Of a DNA stretch of 64,000 bases, positions 35,897 through 46,186 are shown piece after piece. Both the position numbers and the translations under genes were made by a program. This stretch comes from an uncultured Actinomycetota bacterium (GTDB lineage Bacteria; Actinomycetota; Actinomycetes; JAFAQI01), in NCBI GenBank assembly GCA_963770565.1, contig CAVYQE010000002.1, positions 128,001 through 192,000 on the forward strand, read 5' to 3'. The stretch's first letter is position 1. Each line of letters begins with the position of its first letter. The notes under the pieces were generated by a model. The model saw nothing but the letters and a program-made list of their open reading frames with translations. It was not told the DNA's origin and made no database searches.

Positions 35897-38818
35897 CTAG
35901 CCGGACGGTGAGGTGGACGGTGTGGAGGTCGGGCTCGGTGAAACCTTCGTCGACGATGTACCGGCCGCGGCCGCGATCCGGTTCAACGCCTGCTGGAGCT
36001 TGTTCTCCTCGACGCCGTACTGCGCGAAGTCACCGCGCCGCAGCGCCGCCTGGGCCGCCGCCTCGGCGGCCTGGGCATCTGAGATCGCCTGCTTCAGCGT
36101 GGTCGACGTCGTGACCGGCGGCGGTTGCTGGCCACCCGAGGGACCGCTCGAGGACTTGACGCCGAACACCTCGTTGAGCGCAGCGCCAAGAGTCGACTGA
36201 TACGCCGCATTGCCGTCGGAGTAGACCAGGAACTTGCGCAGGACCGGGAACGACTGACCGCCCGAGGACTGCACGTAAAGCGGCTCGACGTACAGCATCG
36301 AGCCGGCCACCGGCACGGTCAGCATGTTGCCCTTGATGATCGTCGACCCACCCGAACCGAGCAGCGTCAGGCGCGGCGAGATCGTCGTATTGGAGTCGAG
36401 CTCGTTCTGCACCTGACCGGGACCGGCCAGACCGGCATTGGCTGGCAAGGTGAGCAGGGTGAACTTGCCATAGTCCGGCCCCGGTTGGGAGTCGACCGAT
36501 AAGTAGGCGGTGAGATTTCGGCGACTCAGCGAGACCAACGGCGAGGTGAGGGAGAACCGCGGTGCCGTCGTGCCGCCGTCGGGGGACATCGTCAGGTAGT
36601 ACGACGGTTGCGGCACGTTGCCGCCGACCGTCGGGTCGTAGGACACGTTCCAGAACTCGGTGCCGTTGTAGAAGGCGTGCGGGTCGGTCACGTGGTAGTG
36701 CGCGATCAACAGCCGCTGGATGTTGAACAGGTCCTCTGGGTAGCGGATGTGCGCCGCTAGACCCGTCGGCATCTGGTCCTCGGACTTCACCACACCCGGG
36801 AAGGCCTTTTCCCAGGTCTTGAGCACCGGGTCCGGATCGGTGCCTTGGTTCCAGGCATACAGCTCGACCTGGCCGGTGTAGGCGTTGACGGTGGCCTTCA
36901 CCGAGTTCCGGATGTAGTTGATCTTCGAGTTGCGCTGCGCCGCGATCGAGTTGGTGCGGGTGTTCAGCGAGGTCTTGGTCGATGAGCTCAGCGACTCCTG
37001 CTCGGAGTACGGGAAACCCGACGTCGTGGTGTAACCGTCGACCACCCACAGGATCTGATTGCCGACGACAACCGGATAGGGGTCACCGTCGAGAGTGAGC
37101 CACGGTGCGACCTTCGCGACCCGCTGACGAGGATCCCGGATGTAGAGCAACCGCGAGTCGGCGTTGACGCCGCTGGAGAGCAGGATGTTCTTGTCCTTGA
37201 ACTTCCACGCATATAGCAGCTGACGCCAGGTCGACCCGATCGGCACTCCTCCGCCGCCGTCGTAGGTGTTGTTCACCTGGCCGGTGCCGGTGTCGGTCGG
37301 GAAGTTGAGCTCGCGCGGTGGCGAGCCCTTGGGCGCACCGACGATCGAGTAGCTCGGTGACGACTCGCCGAAGTAGACCTCTGGCTGGAACTTCCCGAGC
37401 GATCCGGTCGGCGGGATGTCCGACTCGACGAAGTCCGGCGAGCCGTCGGCTTGGTCATTGTCTGCTTGAGCCGCGACGACGCCGTACCCGTGGGTATAGA
37501 CCAGATGTTCGTTGATCCAGTTCTGCTGGTTCGGCTGCAGGCCGGAGATCGTAACCTCGCGAATGCCGATCACGACGTCGGTCAACGGACCACCCGGGGT
37601 GAGCGAGTAGCGGTCGACGTCGAGGGTGTTCTCGAACTTGTAGAACGAACGCTGCTGCTGCAGCTGCTCGAACGTCTGCGAGACCACGTTCGGGTCGAGC
37701 ACCCGCAGCTGCACCTCGTTGTTGACCGCAGTGCGTTGCTGCGCGGGTGTCTGCGTGGACACCCCGGGATAGTTCTGCGTCGTGACCTGTTGCGGCGAGA
37801 TGCCGTATGCGTACTGGGTCGCCGCGATGTTGCGTTGGATATACGGCGCCTCGAGGTCCTGCGCGCTCGGACTCACCTTGTAGTGCTGCACCAGCAACGG
37901 ATAGAGCCCGCCGATCACGATCGCCGAGAACACCAACAACCCGAACGCAATCGCCGGCAGCATCCAGTTGCGCGTCACAATGTTGGCGAAGAACAGCAAG
38001 GCGCAGATGATCGCGACGAAGACGAGGATCGTCTTCGCCGGAAGCACCGCATGGACATCCGTGTACGACGGACCGGTCACGATCCCGCGCCCGGAGAAGG
38101 CCAACCCGTAGCGGTCCAACCAGTAGGCGACTGCCTTCAGCAGCACGAAGATGCCGAGCAGGATCGAGATGTGCACCCGGCTGGCCGGCGTCCACTTCGG
38201 CCCTGGTGTCTGCAACCGCAACGCGCCATACAGGTACGCCGTCACCAACACCGCGATCAGCGACAGGATGACGATCGCGAACAGCGAGTTGAGCACGAAC
38301 CGCTGCATCGGATAGGTGAACGCGAAGTACGAGACGTCGCGATGGAACTGCTGGTCCTTGATCCCGAACTTGGTGCCGTTGCGCCAGAGCAACCAGGTCT
38401 GCCAGTGCCGCGACGCCGACGAACCCATGATCAGGCCGATCAGGGTCACGATGACCGCGAGGACCCGGCCGCGGACCGGCTGCAGGATGTTGCGGTAGCG
38501 CTCCAGTTGCTCCTGCTCCGGCGACACCGGGCGGAACGGCGGGCGAAGCCGGTACGCGATCACCACGTTCGCGGCAACCACGATCGCCATGACCGCGCCG
38601 AAGGAGAAGAACAGCAGCAGCTCGGTCGCGAGCCGCCGGCCGAAGACCGACGAGTAGCCGACCGAGCGGAACCACAACAGGTCGGTGTACTGGTTGACGA
38701 AGACCGACCCGACGATCAGCAGCACGATGAACGCGACCACCGCCGCGATGATGACCCTGGCCCGCCGGTTGATGTGAGGGAGCGCAGGCATCTGCGGCCT
38801 GGGCACATTGAAGGTCAC
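35897..38818 (-). CDS. UPF0182 family membrane protein
   Basis: YTDLLWF.SVG, WINEHLVYTHGYG, VAPWLTLDGDPYP, NYIRNSVKA, HIRYPEDLF, LYVEPLY; usual neighbour of tRNA-fMet. Confidence 0.93.
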   Translation of the reverse strand: MTFNVPRPQMPALPHINRRARVIIAAVVAFIVLLIVGSVFVNQYTDLLWFRSVGYSSVFGRRLATELLLFFSFGAVMAIVVAANVVIAYRLRPPFRPVSPEQEQLERYRNILQPVRGRVLAVIVTLIGLIMGSSASRHWQTWLLWRNGTKFGIKDQQFHRDVSYFAFTYPMQRFVLNSLFAIVILSLIAVLVTAYLYGALRLQTPGPKWTPASRVHISILLGIFVLLKAVAYWLDRYGLAFSGRGIVTGPSYTDVHAVLPAKTILVFVAIICALLFFANIVTRNWMLPAIAFGLLVFSAIVIGGLYPLLVQHYKVSPSAQDLEAPYIQRNIAATQYAYGISPQQVTTQNYPGVSTQTPAQQRTAVNNEVQLRVLDPNVVSQTFEQLQQQRSFYKFENTLDVDRYSLTPGGPLTDVVIGIREVTISGLQPNQQNWINEHLVYTHGYGVVAAQADNDQADGSPDFVESDIPPTGSLGKFQPEVYFGESSPSYSIVGAPKGSPPRELNFPTDTGTGQVNNTYDGGGGVPIGSTWRQLLYAWKFKDKNILLSSGVNADSRLLYIRDPRQRVAKVAPWLTLDGDPYPVVVGNQILWVVDGYTTTSGFPYSEQESLSSSTKTSLNTRTNSIAAQRNSKINYIRNSVKATVNAYTGQVELYAWNQGTDPDPVLKTWEKAFPGVVKSEDQMPTGLAAHIRYPEDLFNIQRLLIAHYHVTDPHAFYNGTEFWNVSYDPTVGGNVPQPSYYLTMSPDGGTTAPRFSLTSPLVSLSRRNLTAYLSVDSQPGPDYGKFTLLTLPANAGLAGPGQVQNELDSNTTISPRLTLLGSGGSTIIKGNMLTVPVAGSMLYVEPLYVQSSGGQSFPVLRKFLVYSDGNAAYQSTLGAALNEVFGVKSSSGPSGGQQPPPVTTSTTLKQAISDAQAAEAAAQAALRRGDFAQYGVEENKLQQALNRIAAAAGTSSTKVSPSPTSTPSTSPSG

Positions 38819-38856
38819 AAGGACGAACCTACCGCCGCGCGGTCAGCTGGACGGGC

Positions 38857-39936
38857 CTAGCAGCGCGGGAAGCTCGTGCCGCCCGATTTGATCGTCTCCA
38901 ACGCCTCGACCGCGCCATGCAACGTCGAGACCTTCACCAGCGTCAGCGACTTCGGCGCCGCGGCCTTCGCATCGGTACATTCGCTGGCCGGCGCAAAGAA
39001 AACCGTTGCCCCGGCATGCACGGCCGCAGCGATCTTCTGCTGGATCCCGCCGATCGGCCCGACCTGGCCGTAGCCGTCGACCGTGCCGGTGCCCGCGATC
39101 GTCCGGCCACCGGTCAGGCCGCCCGGCGTCAGCTTGTCGATGATGCCGAGCGCGAGTGCCGTACCGGCACTGGGGCCACCGATGACGTCCGGGTTGATCC
39201 CGATGTGCACCGAGATCCCGGGGAACGTGGCGATCCGGTCTGGACTGAAGCCGACCATCGACGCACCTCCGACCCCCTTGATCGTCGTCGTCGTGACCGT
39301 CAGGGTCTTGCCGTCGCGCTGGAGCGTGATCGCGATCTTCGAGCCGGGGGTCGTCACCTGCACCGCCGCATGCAGCTGCGCGACCGTGCTCACGGCCTCA
39401 CCGTTGATCGCCAGGACGATGTCGCCGACCCGCAGGACGCGGGCGGCCGGCACGCCGGTTTGGATGCTGCTGACGGTCACGTGCTGGGTGGTCGGCTTGT
39501 AGCCCAGCTCGAAGAGTGCGGCCGTGGTCGCATCGGATTGCGACTGCGACATCTCCTGCGCGTCCTGTTTCTGTACGGCGCCGCTGCTCTGGCCCGGCGG
39601 GCACTCGACCTGATGCGGCTCGACCGTCTGGGACTTGCTGAACCACGCCTTCACCGCCTCCCACAGACTGGGATTGGCGCTGCAGTCGCCGGGGAGCTCC
39701 TCGACGGTCGTGAGATACAGGTGCCCCGTCGTCGGATGAGTGGTCGCGCCGGTGATCTGGATCACCGGACCACCGGGCTTGTCATTCGTCGTGTCCGCAC
39801 CGGGGATGTTGCCCAGCGTGTCGGTCACCGGACCCGGCAGCAGGATGACGTACGGCACCTTGACGATGCGCGCTACACCGAGCAGCAGGATCAAGATGAC
39901 CACGGCAGCGCCCAAGGTTGCGGCGCGCCGACTCAT
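38857..39936 (-). CDS. YlbL-type PDZ + Lon-protease domain protein
   Basis: PYV..PGP, PDZ segment, IGGPSAG (Ser), IAGTGT, VGPIGGIQQK (Lys). Confidence 0.9.
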   Translation of the reverse strand: MSRRAATLGAAVVILILLLGVARIVKVPYVILLPGPVTDTLGNIPGADTTNDKPGGPVIQITGATTHPTTGHLYLTTVEELPGDCSANPSLWEAVKAWFSKSQTVEPHQVECPPGQSSGAVQKQDAQEMSQSQSDATTAALFELGYKPTTQHVTVSSIQTGVPAARVLRVGDIVLAINGEAVSTVAQLHAAVQVTTPGSKIAITLQRDGKTLTVTTTTIKGVGGASMVGFSPDRIATFPGISVHIGINPDVIGGPSAGTALALGIIDKLTPGGLTGGRTIAGTGTVDGYGQVGPIGGIQQKIAAAVHAGATVFFAPASECTDAKAAAPKSLTLVKVSTLHGAVEALETIKSGGTSFPRC

Positions 39937-39960
39937 TGCATGGAGACTACCGACGCCTGA

Positions 39961-40809
39961 TTAGCGAGCGAAGAAGCCAAGGCTCCTGCGGCCGGAGGGG
40001 GCAAGCGCGGGGATGATGTCGGCGCTGTCGGTGACCGGCTCGGAGTCCTCGGCGGGCGCCTCGGCGACGGGTGCGGTGACCGGCGGCGCGTCGGCGAACG
40101 GCGTGCGCTGCGCGGGTGCCTCGGCAACCGCGCGCTCGGCAGCCGGCTCGGAGTCACCCTCCGCCGCGTCGGTCTCAGCGACCGGGTCGGCGAACGGTGG
40201 TACGACGGCAACGACCGGCTCTTCGTCGACCAGCCCAGGAACTGCGGGGATCTCGGCCTCGGCCGATGCGGTCTCGGGCTCAGCGGACTCCGCCTCGACC
40301 TCGGGGGCGGGTGGCTCGACAACGGTCGCCTCGGCGACCCACTCGGCAGAGCGGTCGTCATCGGCCTCGACCGGCACCGGGGTGACCTCGTCGCTCGGCT
40401 CGTCCGCAGCAACCGGCTCGTCCGGTACCAGGCTCAGCGCGGCCGGCTCGGGCTCAGCAGCAACCGCGATCGGCGCCTCAGCCGCGTCAGCGACGGCAGG
40501 TGCCTCGGCAACCTCGGCCTCGGGCTCGGTGTCCTCGTCGGCCTGCGCGGCCGGAGCAGCCTCGACCGGCTCGGCCGGCTCGGCCGATGCCTCAGCCTTC
40601 GGTGCGTCGTCCGTCGTACCCGCCGGGACCTCAACGTGGTAGTAGGGGCGGAGCGAGAGCTGCACCAGGCTGAGCTCGTGCACCGAGAAGTCGGTCACGT
40701 TCTCCGCGTTGCGCAGGTGCTCGACGAAAGCGACCGCCTCGTCCAGCGAACTCACACGCCGGAAGGCCGGTACGCCGCTGGCGGCGGGGTAGAAGACGAC
40801 ATGCTCCAT
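39961..40809 (-). CDS. Hypothetical protein with a long acidic Ala/Glu/Pro-rich tail
   Basis: Globular ~60-aa N-terminus (EAVAFVEHLRN, PYYHVEV), low-complexity tail, RRSLGFFAR end. Confidence 0.75.
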   Translation of the reverse strand: MEHVVFYPAASGVPAFRRVSSLDEAVAFVEHLRNAENVTDFSVHELSLVQLSLRPYYHVEVPAGTTDDAPKAEASAEPAEPVEAAPAAQADEDTEPEAEVAEAPAVADAAEAPIAVAAEPEPAALSLVPDEPVAADEPSDEVTPVPVEADDDRSAEWVAEATVVEPPAPEVEAESAEPETASAEAEIPAVPGLVDEEPVVAVVPPFADPVAETDAAEGDSEPAAERAVAEAPAQRTPFADAPPVTAPVAEAPAEDSEPVTDSADIIPALAPSGRRSLGFFAR

Positions 40810-40928
40810 GACGATCCTTAGGCGCGAGCCGAAGTGCGGACAAGGTTGGTGTCGGCAGGCACCCCGTCCGGGTTAAGGACCTTCGGCGCGGTGCTTAGGT
40901 GCGTTGGTCCGTTCGGGTGATCAAGCGC

Positions 40929-41105
40929 TCAGGAGGCGCGGCGGCGGCGCTGCTCCGGCGGCGCGAACGCGGCCTTGAACCGCTCACGCTCAGCCAGGGA
41001 CTCCTGGATCTCGACCGGGCCCCGGGTCCGGTTGGACCAATGGACCCACACGATCGCCAATATGGTCGCGACTGCGGGCACCCCTAGCCACGCCAACACG
41101 CCCAT
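40929..41105 (-). CDS. Small membrane protein
   Basis: MGVLAWLGVPAVATILAIVWVHW...ERFKAAF; single TM. Confidence 0.65.
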   Translation of the reverse strand: MGVLAWLGVPAVATILAIVWVHWSNRTRGPVEIQESLAERERFKAAFAPPEQRRRRAS

Positions 41106-41127
41106 GGGCGCAAGTGTAGGGCGTCGG

Positions 41128-41574
41128 TCAGTCGCAGGCACCCACCCACTCGTGCTCACCGTCGCGGAACCACTGCCGCTTCCACAGCGGAACCTCCGCT
41201 TTGATCCGGTCGATCAGCACCCGGCCGACCTCGAATGCCTCGCCGCGATGCCCGCAGCCGACCGCCACCACGACCGCGAGGTCGCCGATCTGCAGCTCGC
41301 CGATCCGGTGCAATGCGGCGAGCGTGGCGCCGGGCGCGGTTGCCGCGACCTCGGTCACCACCCGCTCCAGCTCGCTCGCCGCGGTGGGATGGGCGCTGTA
41401 GTCGAGCCGGTCGACCGACCGTCCGTGGTCCTCGTCGCGCACGGTGCCAACGAAGACGACGGTGCCGCCGACATCGTCGCCGGTGACCGCGCCCATCACT
41501 TCCTCGACCGAGAGCGGACCGGTCCGGATCTCGGCGAGCCGCACCGTACCCGCGCCATTGGTAGCTGCGCTCAT
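41128..41574 (-). CDS. moaE: Molybdopterin synthase catalytic subunit
   Basis: GGTVVFVGTVRD, YSAHP, HRIGELQIGD, HRGEAF, KAEVPLWKRQ. Confidence 0.92.
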   Translation of the reverse strand: MSAATNGAGTVRLAEIRTGPLSVEEVMGAVTGDDVGGTVVFVGTVRDEDHGRSVDRLDYSAHPTAASELERVVTEVAATAPGATLAALHRIGELQIGDLAVVVAVGCGHRGEAFEVGRVLIDRIKAEVPLWKRQWFRDGEHEWVGACD

Positions 41575-42680
41575 CGTCGCTTCCTCGCCCTCGCTCGAGC
41601 CAGGGCGAGCGACCCGATCACGGCGAGCGTGGCACCGGCGCCGGCCGCGGCACCGGCCGCCGCCCGGGCGGCGTCCTTGCGGTCGACGACGAGCAGGCTG
41701 CGCCCGGCTCGGTCGCCTAGCAGCTGCAGGTGTTCGCGCAAGGCCGCCTCGTTGGACCAGCGCGGCTCCCAGCCGGTCTTGCGCAGCTGCTGGGACCCGA
41801 CCACCCATGGATGTTGGAGGTAGTACAGGTCGCTGGGCGCGGCCGCGAGCGCGCCCACCCGGTGCAGCCGGTCGGCGGTCGCGAAGGCAACCGCCATCGG
41901 TACGACGACCGAGCGCATGCCGGCGATCGACTCGACCTCGGCCCGGGTCAGCCAACCGTCACAACCGACGGTGACCGCGCCGACCACTTCCCCGAACGCC
42001 GCCGCGACCAGCGCATCGAGCAGGTCGTCGACGTGACAGAACTGCCAATGGCAGTGCGCATCGCGAATCGCGAACAACCGCACCGCCTCGAACAAGCCGG
42101 GCAACAGCGCGTCCGGCGCCGGCCCGACGAGCGACGCCGGCCGCACGACGGTCAGCTCGAGCGGGCAGTCCTCCGTCGTACGACGGGCGGCGATCTGCTC
42201 CATGGCCACCCAGTCACCGACCAACCCGTCCGGTGGCTCCGACAGGATCGGGGCGTCCTCGTCGAGCGGAACCGGGTTGGTGGCAAGTGCGCCGTAGACC
42301 ATCGCGCTGGTGAGCAGGACCGCGCGCTTCACGCCCGCCGCGACTGCGGCATCGAGCAACACCTCGGTGCCGCGCACGTTGACCGCGCGGCGGTCCGCGG
42401 TCGGGGTCGCGGTGGTGCGATCGGTGGCGAGGTGCACCAGGGTGTCGATGCCCTCCAACCGGCTGGCCAGCGCCGGGTCGCGGACGTCCGCGACCCGCCA
42501 GGTCACGCCGGGCTGGTGACGACGCGCGGTGTCGATCGCGACGACCTTCGGCGCGACCGGGTGCTCGGCCAGCCGCTCGAGCAACCCGGCGCCGAGCGGG
42601 CCGGCCGCGCCGGTCACCGCGATCGTGGGCGCGCTGCGCCGACGGCGAACGGCCGTACGGGGCTGCGTCACAGCCTCCAT
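41571..42680 (-). CDS. NAD-dependent epimerase/dehydratase family protein
   Basis: IAVTGAAGPLG, LVHLA, NVRGT, TSAMVYGA, QFCHVDDL. Confidence 0.88.
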   Translation of the reverse strand: MEAVTQPRTAVRRRRSAPTIAVTGAAGPLGAGLLERLAEHPVAPKVVAIDTARRHQPGVTWRVADVRDPALASRLEGIDTLVHLATDRTTATPTADRRAVNVRGTEVLLDAAVAAGVKRAVLLTSAMVYGALATNPVPLDEDAPILSEPPDGLVGDWVAMEQIAARRTTEDCPLELTVVRPASLVGPAPDALLPGLFEAVRLFAIRDAHCHWQFCHVDDLLDALVAAAFGEVVGAVTVGCDGWLTRAEVESIAGMRSVVVPMAVAFATADRLHRVGALAAAPSDLYYLQHPWVVGSQQLRKTGWEPRWSNEAALREHLQLLGDRAGRSLLVVDRKDAARAAAGAAAGAGATLAVIGSLALARARARKRR

Positions 42681-42701
42681 CTTGACGGCTAACGTGGATT
42701 T

Positions 42702-43949
42702 GTGACCACGCCACCGCCGTTCGGCTTCACCAACAGCGACGACGACGAGCCGTCCAACGACCCGCTCGCCGCGCTCGGCGGGATGCCCGATCTGGGCGCG
42801 ATGTTGCAGCAGCTCGGCACCTTGATGTCGGGCGAGACCGGGCCGGTGAACTGGCAGGTCGCGCGTACCGCCGCGATGGCCGTGATCGGCACCGACACCG
42901 GTACGACGAGCAGCGACACGACCGAGGTCGCCGAGGCGCTCCGCCTCGCCGACGTGTGGCTGGACCCGGCGACCGCGCTGCCGTCCGGCGTGGCCTCGAC
43001 CGAGGCCTGGAGCCGGCGACGGTGGCTCGAGGCGACCAGAGGCACCTGGACCGAGCTCGTCGAGCCGGTGGCCGGGCGGGTCTCGGGCGCGATGAGCGAG
43101 GCGCTGCCCGAGGAGATGCGCTCGATGGCGGCGCCCTTGATGGGGATGATGAGCCAGATCGGTGGCCTGGTCTTCGGCGGTCAGGTGGGTCAGGCGCTCG
43201 GCACGCTCGCGACCGAGGTGGTCAGCTCGAGCGACATCGGCCTGCCGCTCGGCCCGCCCGGGGTCGCGGCGCTGCTTCCCGAGTCGATCCGCACGCTGAG
43301 CTCCGGCCTGGACCTGCCGGTCGACGAGGTCCGGCTGTTCGTCGCGCTGCGGGAGGCGGCTCACCACCGGTTGTTCGGGCACGTGCCGTGGCTGCGGGCT
43401 CACCTGATCGAGGCAGTGCGTGCATACGCCGAGGGCATCACGGTCGACACCTCGAAGTTCGAGGAGCTCGCGCGCGGAATCGACCCCAGCGACCCGGAGG
43501 CGCTTCAGCAGGCGATCGGCGACGGGTTGTTCGAGCCGACCTCCTCACCGGTTCAGCAGGCCGCGCTCGCGCGGCTCGAGACCGCGCTCGCACTCGTCGA
43601 GGGCTGGGTAGACATCGTCACCGCGGCCGCCGGATCGAACTCGCTGCCGAGCTTCGCCGCACTGCAGGAGACGATGCGCCGGCGCCGCGCGACCGGCGGC
43701 CCGGCCGAGCGCACCTTTGCCTCGCTGGTCGGGCTCGAGCTTCGCCCCCGCCGGCTGCGCGAGGCCGCCGCGCTATGGCAGGCGCTCGGCGACCGGCGCG
43801 GCATCGACGAACGCGACGCGGTGTGGTCGCACCCCGACCTGCTGCCGAGCAGCGACGACCTCGACGACCCGGCCGCGTGGGTCGAACGGGACGGCACGGA
43901 GACCACGCTCGACCTCTCCGAGCTCGAACCTCCCGCCGACCCCAGCTGA
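42702..43949 (+). CDS. Zinc-dependent metalloprotease-like putative hydrolase (DUF2342/zincin)
   Basis: GPVNW, ALREAAHHRLF.HVPWL, LETALALVEGWV, RRRATGGPAE, LVGLELRPRRLREA, WSHPDLLP. Confidence 0.88.
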   Translation: MTTPPPFGFTNSDDDEPSNDPLAALGGMPDLGAMLQQLGTLMSGETGPVNWQVARTAAMAVIGTDTGTTSSDTTEVAEALRLADVWLDPATALPSGVASTEAWSRRRWLEATRGTWTELVEPVAGRVSGAMSEALPEEMRSMAAPLMGMMSQIGGLVFGGQVGQALGTLATEVVSSSDIGLPLGPPGVAALLPESIRTLSSGLDLPVDEVRLFVALREAAHHRLFGHVPWLRAHLIEAVRAYAEGITVDTSKFEELARGIDPSDPEALQQAIGDGLFEPTSSPVQQAALARLETALALVEGWVDIVTAAAGSNSLPSFAALQETMRRRRATGGPAERTFASLVGLELRPRRLREAAALWQALGDRRGIDERDAVWSHPDLLPSSDDLDDPAAWVERDGTETTLDLSELEPPADPS

Positions 43950-44032
43950 CAAGCAATGTCACATTGCCCCGCACTTCGTGGGGGCAATGTGACACCACCC
44001 CCAGAAACCGCTGGGCAATGTGACATTGCTTG
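43950..44032. repeat. REP/MITE-like palindromic element between convergent genes
   Basis: Perfect 20-bp terminal inverted repeats CAAGCAATGTCACATTGCCC (43950-43969 / 44013-44032) plus an internal third copy GGGGCAATGTGACA (43981-43994). Confidence 0.8.
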
Positions 44033-44050
44033 GTCTTGGTCGAGGGTCGG

Positions 44051-44611
44051 TCACCGCTTGGGGACCGAGTCGACCCCTTCGAGGTAGCCCTGCGCGCGCT
44101 CGAGCCGCTCGAACCCGGCCAGCTCCCGCCAGAACGCCGGACCGTGCGAGGGGACCAGCAGGTGCGCGAGCTCGTGCAGCAGCACGTAGTCGATGACGAA
44201 GCCCGGCATGCCGAGCAACCGGCGGGACAGCCGGATCGTGCCGTCGGCCGGAGTGCACGAACCCCAGCGGACGTTCATGTTGTCGACCCACCGAACGCTC
44301 GTCGGCCTGGCCCGGCCGCCGAGATAACGCCGGGACAGATCGCTCGCTCGCTCGTCGAGCTCGCTGTCGCTCGGCCGGTCCTTGCGCTCGTTTGCCAGCA
44401 CCCGCGCCACCAGCAGCGCAACCCAGCGCGACTCCTCGGCCCGGCTGATCCGGGCCGGCACCGAAACCACGATCTTCTCCCCCACCCGGTGGGCGGACAC
44501 GGTGCGGCGCCGGCGCGTGCTGCGCACGATCTCGACGGCCGGCGCGGCCGGCGACTCCGCGCTCAGCGGGATGGCAAGCTGGCCCGGATCGGACCCGGCA
44601 ATGTTCCTCAC
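44051..44611 (-). CDS. YgjP/DUF45 (M48-like) metal-dependent hydrolase
   Basis: RSTRRRRTVSA, RWGSCT, DYVLLHELAHL, HGPAFW. Confidence 0.88.
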   Translation of the reverse strand: MRNIAGSDPGQLAIPLSAESPAAPAVEIVRSTRRRRTVSAHRVGEKIVVSVPARISRAEESRWVALLVARVLANERKDRPSDSELDERASDLSRRYLGGRARPTSVRWVDNMNVRWGSCTPADGTIRLSRRLLGMPGFVIDYVLLHELAHLLVPSHGPAFWRELAGFERLERAQGYLEGVDSVPKR

Positions 44612-44701
44612 GGCGCTGACCGTAGCCCGCGGGACCGACCAAATTGATCGCCGTACACAGCCGGTGCACGGTGTCGCCGCAGGTCGCCTCGGCGTGGCGC
44701 A

Positions 44702-44791
44702 TTGCTCACAGCGGTTGTCCACAACGCGCACACGCGGTCGTCCACAGCAACACTCCGGACTGTCCCCACCCCGCCCCCAGCGTCATCCACA
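44702..44791. promoter_or_regulatory. Cluster of co-oriented DnaA-box-like 9-mers
   Basis: TTGTCCACA (44715, perfect), TCGTCCACA (44738), TCATCCACA (44783), TTGCTCACA (44702), CTGTCCCCA (44760). Confidence 0.6.
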
Positions 44792-44933
44792 GCGGGCCGG
44801 GAACGGCCGTTGACGCACACCCTCGGTGGTCCGTACGGTCTTCCCAACGAAGCCCCCGTGGCCCCAACGTTCGGACGTTCGCAAGGGGAAGGCGAATGAA
44901 CGGACTGAGGTGCCCGGGGGCTTCGTCGCGCCG

Positions 44934-45725
44934 CTAGCGACCGGTGAACCGCGGTGGGCGGCGCTCCTTCGACGCGGCGATGCCCTCGGCCAGGTCGGCG
45001 GTCGCGAACGTCACCGGCTGGGCGAGCGCCTCGAACTGCAGCGCCGCCTCGAGCGTCCGATGCCCGCCGCTACGCAACGCAGCCACCGTCAGCCGCACCG
45101 CGATCGGCCCGTTGGCCGCGATCTGTTCCGCCACGCCGAGCGCGCCAGAAAGAATTTCGTCGGTTTCGAAGACCCCGTTGACCAGCCCGATCCGCAGCGC
45201 CTCGGCCGCGTCGACCCGGCGCCCGGTGAACAACAGCTCGCGCGCAACCGGCAGCCCGACCACCTCCGGCAGCAGCCAGGTGGCGGCCATCCCGGCGTGC
45301 ATGCCGAGTGCGGTGAACGGCGCGGAAAGCATCGCCCCGCTCGCCGCGTAGCGCAGGTCGCAGGCCAACGCAAGGCACAGACCGGCGCCGACCGCATGGC
45401 CGTTGATCGCCGCGATGGTGGGCACTTCGAGCGCGCGAATCGATAGCCAAGACCGATAAAACGGGAGCATCCGGTCACGAATGGTGTCAACGGTCAGATC
45501 GGGTGATTCGCCGATCCACGACAGATCGCCACCCGAACAGAACGCGCTCCCCTCACCCGTCACGACCACCGCCCGCACGCTGCGATCGGTCCGCAGCGAG
45601 CCGACCGCTTCGGTCCACGCTTGGGTCAGCTCAGCGGTCATCGCGTTGCGCCGCTCGGGCAACGCGAGGGTCAGGACGACGACACCGTCGTCGCGACGCT
45701 CGACTCGCAAAGGGGCGTCGCTCAT
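44934..45725 (-). CDS. Enoyl-CoA hydratase/isomerase family protein
   Basis: PERRNAM, AFCSGGDL, PTIAAINGHAVGAG, ELLFTGR, AEALRIGLV. Confidence 0.9.
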   Translation of the reverse strand: MSDAPLRVERRDDGVVVLTLALPERRNAMTAELTQAWTEAVGSLRTDRSVRAVVVTGEGSAFCSGGDLSWIGESPDLTVDTIRDRMLPFYRSWLSIRALEVPTIAAINGHAVGAGLCLALACDLRYAASGAMLSAPFTALGMHAGMAATWLLPEVVGLPVARELLFTGRRVDAAEALRIGLVNGVFETDEILSGALGVAEQIAANGPIAVRLTVAALRSGGHRTLEAALQFEALAQPVTFATADLAEGIAASKERRPPRFTGR

Positions 45726-45872
45726 CGTTCCTCCACAGCCGGATCGGGGTAAACCGGAGGGTAGCCCGCCACGACGCCACGCTCGGATACCGGGATTATG
45801 AGCGTGGGGCCGGTACGCTCGTTGAAGGTTCGGCCGGCTCCCGGCCGGCGGCGATCGATCGAGGAGGACCAG

Positions 45873-46025
45873 ATGGCCGACACCTATGAGGGCTACTGCG
45901 TGAAGTGCAAGGAGAAGCGCACCTACCAGGGCGAGGTCCGGACCAGCGAGTCCGGCCGCCGGATGGCACAGGGACCGTGCCCCGTGTGCGGCACCAAGGT
46001 CAACCGGATCCTGGGCAAGGCCTAG
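45873..46025 (+). CDS. DUF5679 small zinc-ribbon protein
   Basis: GAGGAGG RBS; YCVKCKEKR...GRRMAQGPCPVCGTKVNRILGK. Confidence 0.88.
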   Translation: MADTYEGYCVKCKEKRTYQGEVRTSESGRRMAQGPCPVCGTKVNRILGKA

Positions 46026-46186
46026 CACCACCGCACCAACAGCTTTACCGAAGCCGCGAAGTGGAACCCTCCGCTCCGCGGCTTCGGTGCGTCTGTGGAC
46101 GGGACCGGCAGCGACCACACTGATCCTGCTTGGCTGGCTCGAGGTCGCACCTACCGGTCGACCTGCGTCGACCAGGAGGGCCCGCC

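Noticed and set aside
44702-44791. Chromosomal origin oriC
   Set aside because: No dnaA/dnaN neighbours and no AT-rich unwinding element; too few boxes
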